64,000 nt of DNA, taken from Candidatus Staskawiczbacteria bacterium. GTDB lineage: Bacteria > Patescibacteriota > Minisyncoccia > Minisyncoccales > Staskawiczbacteraceae. Made by a program: the position numbers and the translations under genes. The notes below the pieces were generated by a model. The model ran no database searches. It had not been told where the DNA came from and saw only the letters and a list, made by a program, of their open reading frames with translations. The DNA lies in NCBI GenBank assembly GCA_903928565.1, contig CAIYRH010000010.1, positions 41,614 to 105,613 on the forward strand. The letters are read 5' to 3'. Shown here in pieces: positions 36,227 through 45,990 of the stretch (positions within the stretch are counted from its first letter, which is position 1; every line of letters begins with the position of its first letter).

Positions 36227-36973
36227 ATGAAAGAAACCAGATTTTTAATGGGCATGCCGGTTGTAGTAGAAATTGTTGACGCAAATGCTACACAAGAATC
36301 CATAAATAAAATTTTTGATTATTTCAAATATGTTGATGAAAAATTTAGCCCCTTTAAAGAAACCAGTGAAGTTTCAAAAATAAATAACGGTTTAATAAAA
36401 GAAAAAGATTATAGCCAAGATATGCAAGAAATACTAAAACTTGCAAAGCAGACAAAAGAAGAAGCCGGTGGATATTTTGACATTACTGATAATAACGGGA
36501 AAATTAATCCTTCGGGAATAGTAAAGGGGTGGGCTATATTTAATGCATCAAAATTGGTGCAAGAAATAGGTTTTAAAAATTATTATGTTGAGGCCGGAGG
36601 TGATATACAAGTTAGCGGAAAAAATTCAAATGGAGAGCCTTGGAAAATTGGTATAAAAAACCCATTTAATAATAGCGAGATTGTAAAAATTGTTTTACTT
36701 GATAAAAATCAGGGCATTGCTACTTCGGGTACATACGTAAGGGGGCAACATATATATAACCCAAAAAATAGAACTGAAGAAATGACCCAAATTGTGAGCA
36801 TTTCAGTTATTGGCCCAAATGTTTATGAAGCCGACAGGTTTGCAACTGCAGCCTTTGCAATGCAAAAAGAGGGGATTAATTTTATTGAAAAATTGAGTGG
36901 CTTTGAAGGTTACATGATAAATAAAAATGGAATGGCAACCATGACAAGTAATTTTGAAGCTTACACAAAATAG
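36227..36973 (+). CDS. apbE: FAD:protein FMN transferase (ApbE family)
   Basis: MKETRFLMGMPVVVEIVD..., FSPFKETSEVSKIN, GIVKGWA, GIATSGTY. The start is taken at the ATG just after the upstream stop codon. Confidence 0.85.
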   Translation: MKETRFLMGMPVVVEIVDANATQESINKIFDYFKYVDEKFSPFKETSEVSKINNGLIKEKDYSQDMQEILKLAKQTKEEAGGYFDITDNNGKINPSGIVKGWAIFNASKLVQEIGFKNYYVEAGGDIQVSGKNSNGEPWKIGIKNPFNNSEIVKIVLLDKNQGIATSGTYVRGQHIYNPKNRTEEMTQIVSISVIGPNVYEADRFATAAFAMQKEGINFIEKLSGFEGYMINKNGMATMTSNFEAYTK

Positions 36974-36975
36974 AA

Positions 36976-38496
36976 ATGCTTAAACTTATTGACGACTTCT
37001 TAAATAAGACCACAATGTATAGGCTGCTAATTTATTGCCTGTCGTTTTTGGTTTTGACGGCATTAATTTTCAGTGCTTTGGGAGTAATGTCTTTTAAGCC
37101 GGCGAACTTCATTTTTTCAACAATTTTTTTGATTTTCTTCTGCCTTTTTACAAACTGGGTTTTTGCCAAAGTTTTTGAAGCGCCTTCAAACATTGAATCT
37201 GTTTACATAACCGCCCTTATTTTAACTCTTATAATAGACCCAATTCAGTCGTTAAACCAAGTTTTGTTTTTGTTTTTTGTGAGCGGTTTGGCAATGGCTT
37301 CAAAATATATTTTGGCCATAATTAAAAAGCATATTTTTAATCCAGTGGCAGTGGCGGTTGTTATTACTGCTTTAGCTATGGGGCAATCAGCAAGTTGGTG
37401 GGTGGGGAATTTGTATATGGCGCCGTTTGTTATAATTGCCGGAATATTAATTACCAGAAAAATTAGAAGGGCAGACATGGTCGTCACTTTTTTTGTAGTG
37501 GCGTCTGCAGTTACCATAATTAATAGTATTTTAACTGGAACCGATGTAATTAAAGCTATAGAGTTTATACTGGTTTACTCTTTTTTGCCTTTCCTGGGTT
37601 TTGTAATGTTAACAGAACCCATGACAACTCCGCCCTCTAAAAAATTGCGAATAGTTTATGGGGCATTTGTTGGATTCTTATGCGTGCCTTCGGTGCATTT
37701 TGGGAGCACATATTTTACGCCCGAAATAGCCCTTTTAATTGGAAACGTATTTTCATATTTTGCCAGTCCAAAACTAAAATTAATTTTAACCTTAAAAGAA
37801 AAAACAAAAATTGCTAACAACACTTTCGACTTTGTTTTTAAGCCCAACAGAAGGTTAAAATTTAAACCTGGTCAATATTTAGAATGGACCTTGGGGCATG
37901 AAAGAATGGATAACAGGGGAATGAGAAGATATTTCACAATTGCATCTTCGCCAACTGAAGACAAATTAACAATGGGCGTGAAATTTTATGATAAGCCCAG
38001 TTCGTATAAGCAGGCGCTAGTTGCTTTAAATTTAGAAGATACGCTTGTAGCTTCTCAATTGGCGGGGGAGTTTGTATTGCCAAAAGATAAAAACAAAAAG
38101 CTGGTTTTTATTGCGGGTGGAATTGGAGTTACGCCCTTTAGAAGTATGATAAAATATTTGATAGATAAAAATGAAAAAAGAGATATTATTATTTTCTATT
38201 CCAACAACACAGTAAATGAAATAGCTTACAAAGACATTTTTGACCAAGCTTATGAAAAACTGGGCATTAGAACTATTTATTGCCTAAGTGATTCAAATTC
38301 CATGTCTACTGGGTGGGAAGGTGAGTGTGGATTTGTTAACAACGAAATGATTACAAAATATGCTCCAGATTTTAAAAACAGAATGTTTTACATTTCTGGT
38401 CCACGGTCAATGATACTTTCTTTTCAAGAAACTTTAAAAAACGCAGGAGTGCCTAAAAACCATATAAAGACAGATTTCTTTCCAGGTTTTGCATAA
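36976..38496 (+). CDS. polytopic membrane protein fused to a ferredoxin-NADP-reductase-type FAD/NAD-binding module
   Basis: About 250 aa of TM helices, then FKPGQYLEW, RRYFTIASSP and FIAGGIGVTPFRSM (FNR-family motifs). Confidence 0.75.
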   Translation: MLKLIDDFLNKTTMYRLLIYCLSFLVLTALIFSALGVMSFKPANFIFSTIFLIFFCLFTNWVFAKVFEAPSNIESVYITALILTLIIDPIQSLNQVLFLFFVSGLAMASKYILAIIKKHIFNPVAVAVVITALAMGQSASWWVGNLYMAPFVIIAGILITRKIRRADMVVTFFVVASAVTIINSILTGTDVIKAIEFILVYSFLPFLGFVMLTEPMTTPPSKKLRIVYGAFVGFLCVPSVHFGSTYFTPEIALLIGNVFSYFASPKLKLILTLKEKTKIANNTFDFVFKPNRRLKFKPGQYLEWTLGHERMDNRGMRRYFTIASSPTEDKLTMGVKFYDKPSSYKQALVALNLEDTLVASQLAGEFVLPKDKNKKLVFIAGGIGVTPFRSMIKYLIDKNEKRDIIIFYSNNTVNEIAYKDIFDQAYEKLGIRTIYCLSDSNSMSTGWEGECGFVNNEMITKYAPDFKNRMFYISGPRSMILSFQETLKNAGVPKNHIKTDFFPGFA

Positions 38497-38560
38497 TATT
38501 GTATTGACATGTTAAATGTGCTATTATTAATTATTAGTAATAATTATTGATAAGAAAATA

Positions 38561-39106
38561 ATGTTTGAAGACGAAGAATTAATAAAACAATACTTAAAGG
38601 GCAATAATCTTGCTTTGGAAGCCCTTATTGGTAAATATTTAAAACCAATATACAATTTTTCCTTTAAAAATGTGGGCAACGAAGCAAATGCTGAAGACAT
38701 AACTCAAGAAGTTTTTATTAAGGTTTGGAAAAATATTAAAAAATTTGACCAAACTAAAAAGTTTAAACCATGGATTTTCCAAATAGCCAAAAATACTTCA
38801 ATTGATTTCTTAAGAAAGAAAAAAACCATTCCATTCTCAAGATTTGAAAATGAAAAAGGGCAAAATGTATTAACGGAAAACATGGCGGCAAAACCCCTTA
38901 ACTTATTAGAACAATTAAGCGACAAAAAAACAGTTTTAGTTGCTATGGGAAATTTGTCGTATAAAGAGCAAAAACTCATTACTCTTAGGCACACTGACGG
39001 GCTGAGTTTTAGGGAAATTGCCGAAGCCTTTCAGGAGTCTGTTAACACAATAAAAAGCAGATATCGCAGAAGTTTGGTGAATTTGAAGAAGAATATACGC
39101 ACCTAA
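38561..39106 (+). CDS. ECF-type sigma-70 family RNA polymerase sigma factor
   Basis: Region 2 (EDITQEVFIKVWKNIKKFD, FKPWIFQIAKNTSIDFLRKKK) and a region 4 HTH (LSFREIAEAFQESVNTIKSRYRRSL). Confidence 0.88.
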   Translation: MFEDEELIKQYLKGNNLALEALIGKYLKPIYNFSFKNVGNEANAEDITQEVFIKVWKNIKKFDQTKKFKPWIFQIAKNTSIDFLRKKKTIPFSRFENEKGQNVLTENMAAKPLNLLEQLSDKKTVLVAMGNLSYKEQKLITLRHTDGLSFREIAEAFQESVNTIKSRYRRSLVNLKKNIRT

Positions 39107-39132
39107 CTCTCTCTGGGTTCCGTATAATTTAT

Positions 39133-39519
39133 ATGGAAACTAGATTTAGCATAAATCCACCTCAGGGATTATTAGAAAAAATAATCAAACGCATCCGCAG
39201 AAAGGAGCGTGTTTTGGTTTTAAGAAAAACCGTTATTTTTTCAGCTACTTTAGTTTTGTCGGTGGTTTGTTTTGTGCCGGCTTTCAAAATACTATTGTCT
39301 AATGCTAGTCAGTCGGGGTTTATTAATTTTTTCTCTTTAATATTCTCTGATTTCTCTTCGGTGGCAACTTATTGGAAAAGTTTTGCAATGACTCTTTTGG
39401 AAACATTACCGGCGGTTAGCTTGGCATTTTTTATGGCGGTTTTACTTACGTTTTTGCAATCAATTAAATCTCTCACAAAAAATATAAAATTAATATATGG
39501 ACACAGACAAACTATTTGA
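39133..39519 (+). CDS. membrane protein, possible anti-sigma factor
   Basis: 128 aa and TM-containing, located directly after the ECF sigma gene. The function is inferred from position only. Confidence 0.45.
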   Translation: METRFSINPPQGLLEKIIKRIRRKERVLVLRKTVIFSATLVLSVVCFVPAFKILLSNASQSGFINFFSLIFSDFSSVATYWKSFAMTLLETLPAVSLAFFMAVLLTFLQSIKSLTKNIKLIYGHRQTI

Positions 39520-39961
39520 ATCAAAATTATTTAAAATAATTGTCTTTAGCATTGCGGGACTAATTGTTTTAGTTTTTGTTTTTGGAATGGGGGTTTATGT
39601 GGGCGCCAAAAAGGCCGAATTTTCCTTTAAATGGGCAAACGAATACCACCGTAATTTTGGTGGCCCTCAAGGCGGTTTTCTAGGTGGCATGATGAGCCAA
39701 GAATTTACCGAAGCCAATGGCGTTTTTGGGCAAATAATAAAAATAGATAATCAATCTGTCACTATAAAGGGCAGGGACAATGTTGAAAAAGTTGTTTTGA
39801 TAAACAGCAAAACGTCTATTGTTTACCAGAGAAAAAACGTAGATTTATCTGGACTTAAAATTGGAGATAGTGCAGTTGTAATTGGAGAACCAAATAATTC
39901 CGGGCAAATAGATGCGGAATTAATTAGGGTTATTCCAGCTCCACCGGTGCTACCTCAATAA
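39497..39961 (+). CDS. membrane-anchored beta-rich protein (similar in pattern to 43658-44089)
   Basis: TM anchor, then G.I..I...S.T.......K.......L..G..V.V.G..N..G...A..I.V.P, a pattern shared with the ORF after the ABC permease. Confidence 0.55.
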   Translation: MDTDKLFESKLFKIIVFSIAGLIVLVFVFGMGVYVGAKKAEFSFKWANEYHRNFGGPQGGFLGGMMSQEFTEANGVFGQIIKIDNQSVTIKGRDNVEKVVLINSKTSIVYQRKNVDLSGLKIGDSAVVIGEPNNSGQIDAELIRVIPAPPVLPQ

Positions 39962-39977
39962 AATTAATTTTTTTAAC

Positions 39978-41690
39978 ATGAATTTTTTTACAAAAATAAA
40001 GGAAATCATTTTCAAATATAAAAAAACAAGCATAGTTGTAATTTTAGTTTTATTAGGCGTGGGGTATTTTTGGTATCAGTCGTCAACCAGCGCAAAAGGG
40101 GTAAGCAAATATGTTTTGGCAGAAGTTGTTAAGGGAACTGTTATTTCTTCTGTTTCTGGTACTGGGCAAGTTTCGGCATTAAATCAAATAGATATTAAAC
40201 CGGAAACTTCTGGGCAACTTGTTTACTTAAACATTTCAAAAAATACACAGGTTAAAGCAGGAACCTTGTTGGCACAAATTCAGTCTAGGGATGCTCAAAA
40301 AGCTGTTCAAAGTGCTAAAAATGATTTGGCAACTGCTGAATTATCTTCTCAAGATATTGGAGGGCCAGCGGGTGACGCTTTAAAAACTTCTTATAGTAAT
40401 GCCTTAGATGCCTTAACCACCACTTTTAATGATTTGGTGGCAATGAAAGCAAATTTAGATGCGATGTTTTTGGAAAGCAGTTACCACGGTAGCGACAGCG
40501 ATATAAATTATTACATTGGTTTTGTGCGATATTACGATACAAATACTACAAATGAATTAAGCTATTGGAATACTGACGCTAAGAAAAAATATACAGACAT
40601 GCAAACCAAATTAGACGCACTTGAAGCAGGAGCTTGGAAATTAAACACTGCTTCGGTACCAGCTCAAATTGAAAGCGCAGTAAACGACAGTTATTCTGCC
40701 ACAAATGATTTTACAGATTTAATTCGTCAAGTATCAAATTTAATTCAAAGATATCAAAAAATTTCTAGCGCAGAAAGCTTAACAACTCCAATATCTTCAA
40801 CAACAACTACCAACCAAACAACTCAACTAAGCGGTGCGCTTTCAACATTAACAAAAGATTCAACAGCGCTTTATACGGCAAAAACCGATATTACTACAAG
40901 AAAACAAGCTTTTGCAAAAGTTGGAGTTGACACTCAAGCTCAAAATTTAAATATTTTGCAATATCAAAATGCTTTAGCAGATGCACAAAATACTTTAGCA
41001 AAATATTTTGTATATGCACCCATAGATGGAATTATTTCTGCTTATGATACTACTGTTAAAGTGGGCGACAATGTTTCAGCAGGTGTAGTTTTGGGTTCGA
41101 TTATAAGCAAACAAGATGTTGTTGAGATTTCTTTAAGTGAAGTTGATGCAGTGAAAGTTAAGAAAGGTCAAAAGACAACAATTACGTTTGATGCTTTGCC
41201 AGATTTAACTGCAACCGGTTCTGTGGAAGACATTGATTCTGTGGGAACAACCACTCAGGGCGTTGTTAGTTATGGTGTAAAAATTGCGTTAGACGTAAAC
41301 GACGCTCAAATAAAACCTGGCATGAGTGCCAGCGTGAATGTTATTACAAACACCAGGCAAAATGTTTTAACTGTTCCAAACAGCGCTGTAAAATCAAAAA
41401 ATGGAGTTGATTATGTTTTAGTTTTAAATCAAAAACAAGATTTAACCAGCGCAACTGCCAGCCAGGGATTTGTTTCAACCGTAGCACCAACTCAAAAAAC
41501 AGTTGAAATAGGTTTAGCCGACGACACAAATACAGAAATAACCAGCGGGTTAGTCGAGGGCGACCAAGTTGTTTCTAGAACAATTACTGCCACAAAAACC
41601 ACGGCAACTGCTACGTCGACTACTACAAGTCGAACAACTAGACAAGCAACCCAAAGTTTGACTGGTGGTGCTCCTCCTGGTGGATTTTAA
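39978..41690 (+). CDS. efflux periplasmic adaptor (HlyD/MacA-like) with a long Thr-rich tail
   Basis: TM anchor, biotinyl-lipoyl-like hairpin (GQVSALNQIDIKPETSGQLVYL...VKAGTLLAQI), coiled coil and beta-barrel regions. Confidence 0.82.
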   Translation: MNFFTKIKEIIFKYKKTSIVVILVLLGVGYFWYQSSTSAKGVSKYVLAEVVKGTVISSVSGTGQVSALNQIDIKPETSGQLVYLNISKNTQVKAGTLLAQIQSRDAQKAVQSAKNDLATAELSSQDIGGPAGDALKTSYSNALDALTTTFNDLVAMKANLDAMFLESSYHGSDSDINYYIGFVRYYDTNTTNELSYWNTDAKKKYTDMQTKLDALEAGAWKLNTASVPAQIESAVNDSYSATNDFTDLIRQVSNLIQRYQKISSAESLTTPISSTTTTNQTTQLSGALSTLTKDSTALYTAKTDITTRKQAFAKVGVDTQAQNLNILQYQNALADAQNTLAKYFVYAPIDGIISAYDTTVKVGDNVSAGVVLGSIISKQDVVEISLSEVDAVKVKKGQKTTITFDALPDLTATGSVEDIDSVGTTTQGVVSYGVKIALDVNDAQIKPGMSASVNVITNTRQNVLTVPNSAVKSKNGVDYVLVLNQKQDLTSATASQGFVSTVAPTQKTVEIGLADDTNTEITSGLVEGDQVVSRTITATKTTATATSTTTSRTTRQATQSLTGGAPPGGF

Positions 41691-41701
41691 TTAAAATTTA
41701 G

Positions 41702-42394
41702 ATGATAGAAATAAAAGATTTAATAAAAATTTATAATTCGGGAAGTGTGGGGTTTCAGGCTCTCTCGGGAGTAAATTTTTCAATTAAAGACGGAGAATTT
41801 GTGGCAATTATGGGGCCTTCTGGGTCGGGCAAATCAACCTTAATGCATATTTTAGGATGCCTAGACACGCCAACTAGCGGTACATATTTTTTAGATGGCA
41901 AAGATGTTTCAACTTTAAATGAAGACGAGTTGGCGGAAATAAGAAAAAATAAAATTGGATTTGTTTTTCAGGCATTCAACCTTTTGCCAAGAACTACTGC
42001 CTTAAGAAATGTTTCGTTGCCTTTAGTTTATGCTGAAGTTGACCCAATTGAGCGCGAGAAAAAAGCAAAAGAGTCATTAAAATCGGCCGGTTTAGATGAA
42101 GAATTTTTTGATCATTTGTCTAACCAATTATCGGGCGGACAAATTCAAAGAGTTGCCATTGCCAGAGCGTTGGTTAACAACCCTAAATTAATTTTAGCCG
42201 ACGAACCAACCGGAAACCTAGATTCTAAAACCGGAGAAATTGTTTTGGAGACTTTTAGAAAATTAAATAAAGAACACGGAAGAACAATTATTTTAATAAC
42301 TCACGAGCACGAAGTTGCCGAACACGCAGACAGAATTATTTCACTAAAAGACGGGCTAATTATTAGCGATTCTGGCGCACATAAAAAAAAGTAA
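41702..42394 (+). CDS. ABC transporter ATP-binding protein (MacB/LolD type)
   Basis: GPSGSGKST, LSGGQIQRVAIARAL and ILADEPTGNLD motifs. Confidence 0.93.
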   Translation: MIEIKDLIKIYNSGSVGFQALSGVNFSIKDGEFVAIMGPSGSGKSTLMHILGCLDTPTSGTYFLDGKDVSTLNEDELAEIRKNKIGFVFQAFNLLPRTTALRNVSLPLVYAEVDPIEREKKAKESLKSAGLDEEFFDHLSNQLSGGQIQRVAIARALVNNPKLILADEPTGNLDSKTGEIVLETFRKLNKEHGRTIILITHEHEVAEHADRIISLKDGLIISDSGAHKKK

Positions 42395-42398
42395 AGTT

Positions 42399-43631
42399 AT
42401 GAAATTAAAAGATACTCTAGAAGAAACATTTTTAGCACTTTTGGCAAACAAAGCCCGCACAGCTTTAACTATTTTGGGTATTGTTATTGGAATAAGTTCG
42501 GTAATTGTTATGGTGTCTGTGGGGCAGGGGGCAACTGGGTCAATCCAGGCCAGCATTGAATCAACCGGCTCTAACCTTTTAATGATAACTCCAGGTGCTG
42601 CAAGAACTTTTGGGGCTGGAGTGCGGTCGGCGGGAGGGACAGCGCAATCACTTACAGTTGACGACGCCAACGCCATTGCCAGCCAAGTTGCTTCTGTGCA
42701 ATACATGACACCGGAAGTTTCGGGAAGATACCAAGTTGTATATAAAGGAAACAATACAAATACTTCAATAATGGGAACCAGCGATAGTTACACGCAAGTT
42801 AGAAATTTAAGCATAGACCAAGGGGTTTTTATTACCACCCAAGATGTTGAAAGCGCGTCAAAGGTTGCTGTTGTTGGGCCAACAGTTGTTACAGATTTGT
42901 TTGGCACAGATGCTGTGGCTTCAGATGCAATTGGCCAAACAATAAAAATAAATAAAATACAGTTTCAAATTGTGGGCGTAACAGTTGCAAAAGGTGGTAG
43001 CGGTTTCCAAAACCAAGACGACAGAATTTATATTCCATACACTGTTTCGCAAAGATATTTTACAGGGAACAAATATTTGTCAGAAATTGATTTACAAATT
43101 GCTAGCCCAGACCAAATGACCACAGCTCAAAATGATGTTACAAGTTTGTTGCTAACGCGTCACAACATTGCAGACCCAACTTCCGCAGATTTTACCGTTC
43201 AAAACCAAGCCGACATTTTGTCTTCTATTTCTAGCGTAAGCCAAACCTTAACAATTTTATTGGGTGCAATTGCCGGAATTTCTTTATTAGTTGGTGGAAT
43301 TGGAATTATGAATATGATGCTAACAACTGTTACCGAAAGAACAAAAGAAATTGGTTTGCGCAAAGCCATTGGAGCAAAAGCCAAAGATATTACTTTTCAA
43401 TTTTTAACAGAAGCAGTTGTGTTAACTTTTTCGGGTGGAGTAATTGGAGTTTTTTTGGGGTGGGTAATTTCGTGGGGTGTTAAATATTTTAATTTGTACC
43501 AAACAAAAGTTTCGTTGTTGTCCATTGTTTTGGCAGTTGTGGTTTCGGGCGCAATTGGAATTGTTTTTGGGTATTATCCGGCCAAGCGTGCAGCAAAATT
43601 AAATCCAATAGAAGCATTAAGATATGAGTAA
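42399..43631 (+). CDS. ABC transporter permease (MacB/FtsX type)
   Basis: MacB_PCD-like periplasmic domain between TM1 and TM2. C-terminal FtsX helices and the tail [19 protein letters not shown]. Confidence 0.9.
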   Translation: MKLKDTLEETFLALLANKARTALTILGIVIGISSVIVMVSVGQGATGSIQASIESTGSNLLMITPGAARTFGAGVRSAGGTAQSLTVDDANAIASQVASVQYMTPEVSGRYQVVYKGNNTNTSIMGTSDSYTQVRNLSIDQGVFITTQDVESASKVAVVGPTVVTDLFGTDAVASDAIGQTIKINKIQFQIVGVTVAKGGSGFQNQDDRIYIPYTVSQRYFTGNKYLSEIDLQIASPDQMTTAQNDVTSLLLTRHNIADPTSADFTVQNQADILSSISSVSQTLTILLGAIAGISLLVGGIGIMNMMLTTVTERTKEIGLRKAIGAKAKDITFQFLTEAVVLTFSGGVIGVFLGWVISWGVKYFNLYQTKVSLLSIVLAVVVSGAIGIVFGYYPAKRAAKLNPIEALRYE

Positions 43632-43657
43632 AAATTAATATTAAAAAAATAAAAAAT

Positions 43658-44089
43658 ATGAAAAAAAATATTTTGATCGTGAGTATTATTATTTTAATTG
43701 TAGCCGGTGGGGCATTTTATGGTGGAATGCTTTATGGCAAAAGCCAGAATGCGCGCCCAAATTTTGGCAATGGAACTTTCCAAACCAGAATTAATAGGGC
43801 CGGAGCCAATGGGGGTTTTATTTCTGGCACAATACTTTCTAAAGACGCCAGTAGCATTACAGTGCAACTTCAAAATGGAAGCGGTTCAAAAATAATATTT
43901 TATTCAGACACAACATCTGTTGGAAAAATGACTGAAGGTACAGCAAATGATTTGGCGGTTGGAACTTCGGTGAGCGTTATGGGCACAACTAATTCCGATG
44001 GAAGCGTAACTGCTCAAAGTATTCAAATTCGGCCAGCTGGGCAAGGAAAGCCAATGAGCCCATCTTCGGTTGATACAGCTGTTCAATAA
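43658..44089 (+). CDS. membrane-anchored beta-rich protein
   Basis: 143-aa ORF with a TM anchor. Same pattern as 39497-39961. Confidence 0.55.
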   Translation: MKKNILIVSIIILIVAGGAFYGGMLYGKSQNARPNFGNGTFQTRINRAGANGGFISGTILSKDASSITVQLQNGSGSKIIFYSDTTSVGKMTEGTANDLAVGTSVSVMGTTNSDGSVTAQSIQIRPAGQGKPMSPSSVDTAVQ

Positions 44090-44102
44090 ATCGTTTTTAA
44101 AA

Positions 44103-44131
44103 GCCCGTGGCTAATTGCCGTGGGTTTTTTC
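44103..44131 (+). terminator. terminator closing the ABC operon
   Basis: 8-bp stem CCCGTGGC/GCCGTGGG (two G-U pairs) followed by T6. Confidence 0.65.
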
Positions 44132-44160
44132 TTGCAATTTTTTTCACTTTGATTTAATCT
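44132..44160 (+). promoter_or_regulatory. candidate promoter of the PurH-like cassette
   Basis: TTGCAA (44132-44137), 17 nt spacer, TAATCT (44155-44160). Confidence 0.5.
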
Positions 44161-44262
44161 AAAAATGATCAACGCGAGGCAGTTCTCGCGCTGACGCATC
44201 TTGATAATCAAGTTCTTTTTTACCAACCCCAACCAAACCAACCCCAATAGGAGGAACACGCC

Positions 44263-45966
44263 ATGAGTACCAACACAGCTACAAAACCCGAGAGGTTTTT
44301 CTTTTTTTCGTTGACCGACAAGGACGGTTCTATTGAATTTGCACGTCGTTTAGTGAATATTGGATGGCATGCATTGAGTGCCGGTGGAACTTGCAAAATG
44401 CTAGCGGAAGCTGGCATTCCCGTACAAGATCTTAAAGACATCGTGAAGGGCGGAGCCATTCTCGGGCACAAAGTTCTCACCTTGTCGCGGGAACTTGCCG
44501 CCAGCCTTCTGGCTGATACACTCGACCCCGAAGAATTGGCTGAATTAGTCAGCATGAATCTACCTTTCGTCGATTTCGTTTATTGCAATTTCTATGACCT
44601 CCAAAAGGCAATCAACGACGCTGCCACGCTCACGCGTGAAGAGGCGATTGCCTTAGTGATCAAGAAATTGGATATTGGTGGCCCGACTATGACGCGTGAG
44701 GCTGCCAAAGGGTTCCGGATTGTTGTTTGTCGCAAACAGGATATGGAGCTCGTGCTCTGTGAACTTGAAAAGACTGGCGACGTTTCAGTTGAAACCCGCC
44801 AAAAACTCCGCGCGCGTGCCGAGTACGAAGTTGCAACGTATGTTGCCAAGTCGGCAGTTTTTCACGGCGACGGACAATTCAATATCATTGCAGGCGAGCG
44901 CGTTTGCACATTCAAGGGCGAAAATGGTCCGCAAAGTCCCGCGGCGCTTTACAGCACTGGTAGCGAGGACCCGTTGGCCCTCGACAAGTTCGAGTTACTT
45001 GCCGGCGCAGATCCCAGCTATAATAATTGGTGCGACGTGACCAGATTGTTGGACACCATGACCCACATTGGTGCTGCATGGAAGTTGAATTTTGGGGAAG
45101 TCCCCACTATTGCCATTGGTGGTAAGCACGGCAACGCGTGCGGTGCGGCGGTAGGAACATTCGTTGCAATTGAAAATGTCGCTCAAAAAATGGTTCGTGG
45201 TGACACCCGTGCCATTTTTGGCGGGCTATGCATGATTAACAAGCCAGTGGACGAGTTTGTGGCGGTGGAAATGGCGAAAGCCATGCCGAGCAAAAAAGCC
45301 ATGTTTGACGGTGTAATTGCTCCGGAATTCGACGCTCGCGCTATTGAAGTGTTGTCGCGGTCCAAAGGCAAATGCCGGTTGATGAAAAATTCCGCATTGT
45401 TCGGATGCTCGGCTATTTTGGACACCGCACCGCGCTTTCGCTATGTGCGGGGCGGTTTCTTGGCCCAGCCCAATTACCGTTTTTTGCTGGATTTCAAAGA
45501 CCCCGATTTGAAGGTTTTCGGAGAACCTCTGGATTTGGAAACGAAAGAAGATTTGTTGCTGGCGTGGGCTATTGGTAGCACGTCTAACAGCAACACCATC
45601 ACTATTGTGAAAGATGGAATGCTCATTGGCAACGGCACAGGTCAGCAAGACCGAGTTGGTGCTGCCGAGCTTGCCATTAAGCGCGCAATTGATGCGGGCC
45701 ACGGCTCGTTTACATGGTGGGGTAAGTTGCTCCGCTTCTTGGGAGTTAACTATACTAAGAACGCACTTAAGGGGGCGGTCGCGTATAGTGATTCATTTTT
45801 CCCATTTGGTGATGGCCCCAAGATGCTACTCAAGGCTGGTGTTGAAACTATCCTTAGTACCAGTGGTAGCGTGAAGGACCAAGAGATTCAAGCCCTTTTC
45901 CTTAAGGCAGGCCGTAGGTTCGTACAGTTGCCCGATAGCAAGGCGCGTGGCTTCTACGGCCATTAA
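44263..45966 (+). CDS. divergent PurH-like protein (MGS-like domain + AICAR transformylase domain) in G+C-rich island 3
   Basis: Collinear with PurH: SLTDKDGSIEFARRL..LSAGGTCKML, LDIGGPTMTREAAKG, GENGPQSPAALY, PSYNNWCD, GKHGNACG, IFGG, GNGTGQQDRV, YSDSFFPFGDG, tail RGFYGH. The cyclohydrolase motifs KTLHP and NLYPF are replaced by LTLSR and NFYDL. AGGAGG lies 8 nt upstream of the ATG. Confidence 0.85.
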   Translation: MSTNTATKPERFFFFSLTDKDGSIEFARRLVNIGWHALSAGGTCKMLAEAGIPVQDLKDIVKGGAILGHKVLTLSRELAASLLADTLDPEELAELVSMNLPFVDFVYCNFYDLQKAINDAATLTREEAIALVIKKLDIGGPTMTREAAKGFRIVVCRKQDMELVLCELEKTGDVSVETRQKLRARAEYEVATYVAKSAVFHGDGQFNIIAGERVCTFKGENGPQSPAALYSTGSEDPLALDKFELLAGADPSYNNWCDVTRLLDTMTHIGAAWKLNFGEVPTIAIGGKHGNACGAAVGTFVAIENVAQKMVRGDTRAIFGGLCMINKPVDEFVAVEMAKAMPSKKAMFDGVIAPEFDARAIEVLSRSKGKCRLMKNSALFGCSAILDTAPRFRYVRGGFLAQPNYRFLLDFKDPDLKVFGEPLDLETKEDLLLAWAIGSTSNSNTITIVKDGMLIGNGTGQQDRVGAAELAIKRAIDAGHGSFTWWGKLLRFLGVNYTKNALKGAVAYSDSFFPFGDGPKMLLKAGVETILSTSGSVKDQEIQALFLKAGRRFVQLPDSKARGFYGH

Positions 45967-45990
45967 GCCAGTTTGGTAAATTTTAAACAG

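Noticed and set aside
42356-42754. 132-aa minus-strand ORF
   Set aside because: It is antisense to the well-supported MacB-type permease and ATPase genes, and has no independent support.
44161-44262. ZTP (pfl) riboswitch upstream of the PurH-like gene
   Set aside because: I looked for it because purH is a classic ZTP-regulated gene. The leader has two simple hairpins and lacks the conserved GGGTCGTGACTGGCG and CCGCCTGGGCA type elements.
44220-45874. Antisense and alternative-frame ORFs across the PurH-like gene (for example 44220-44555, 45226-45702 and 44696-45040)
   Set aside because: The + frame 44263-45966 is collinear with PurH along its whole length. The rest are shadows typical of G+C-rich coding DNA.
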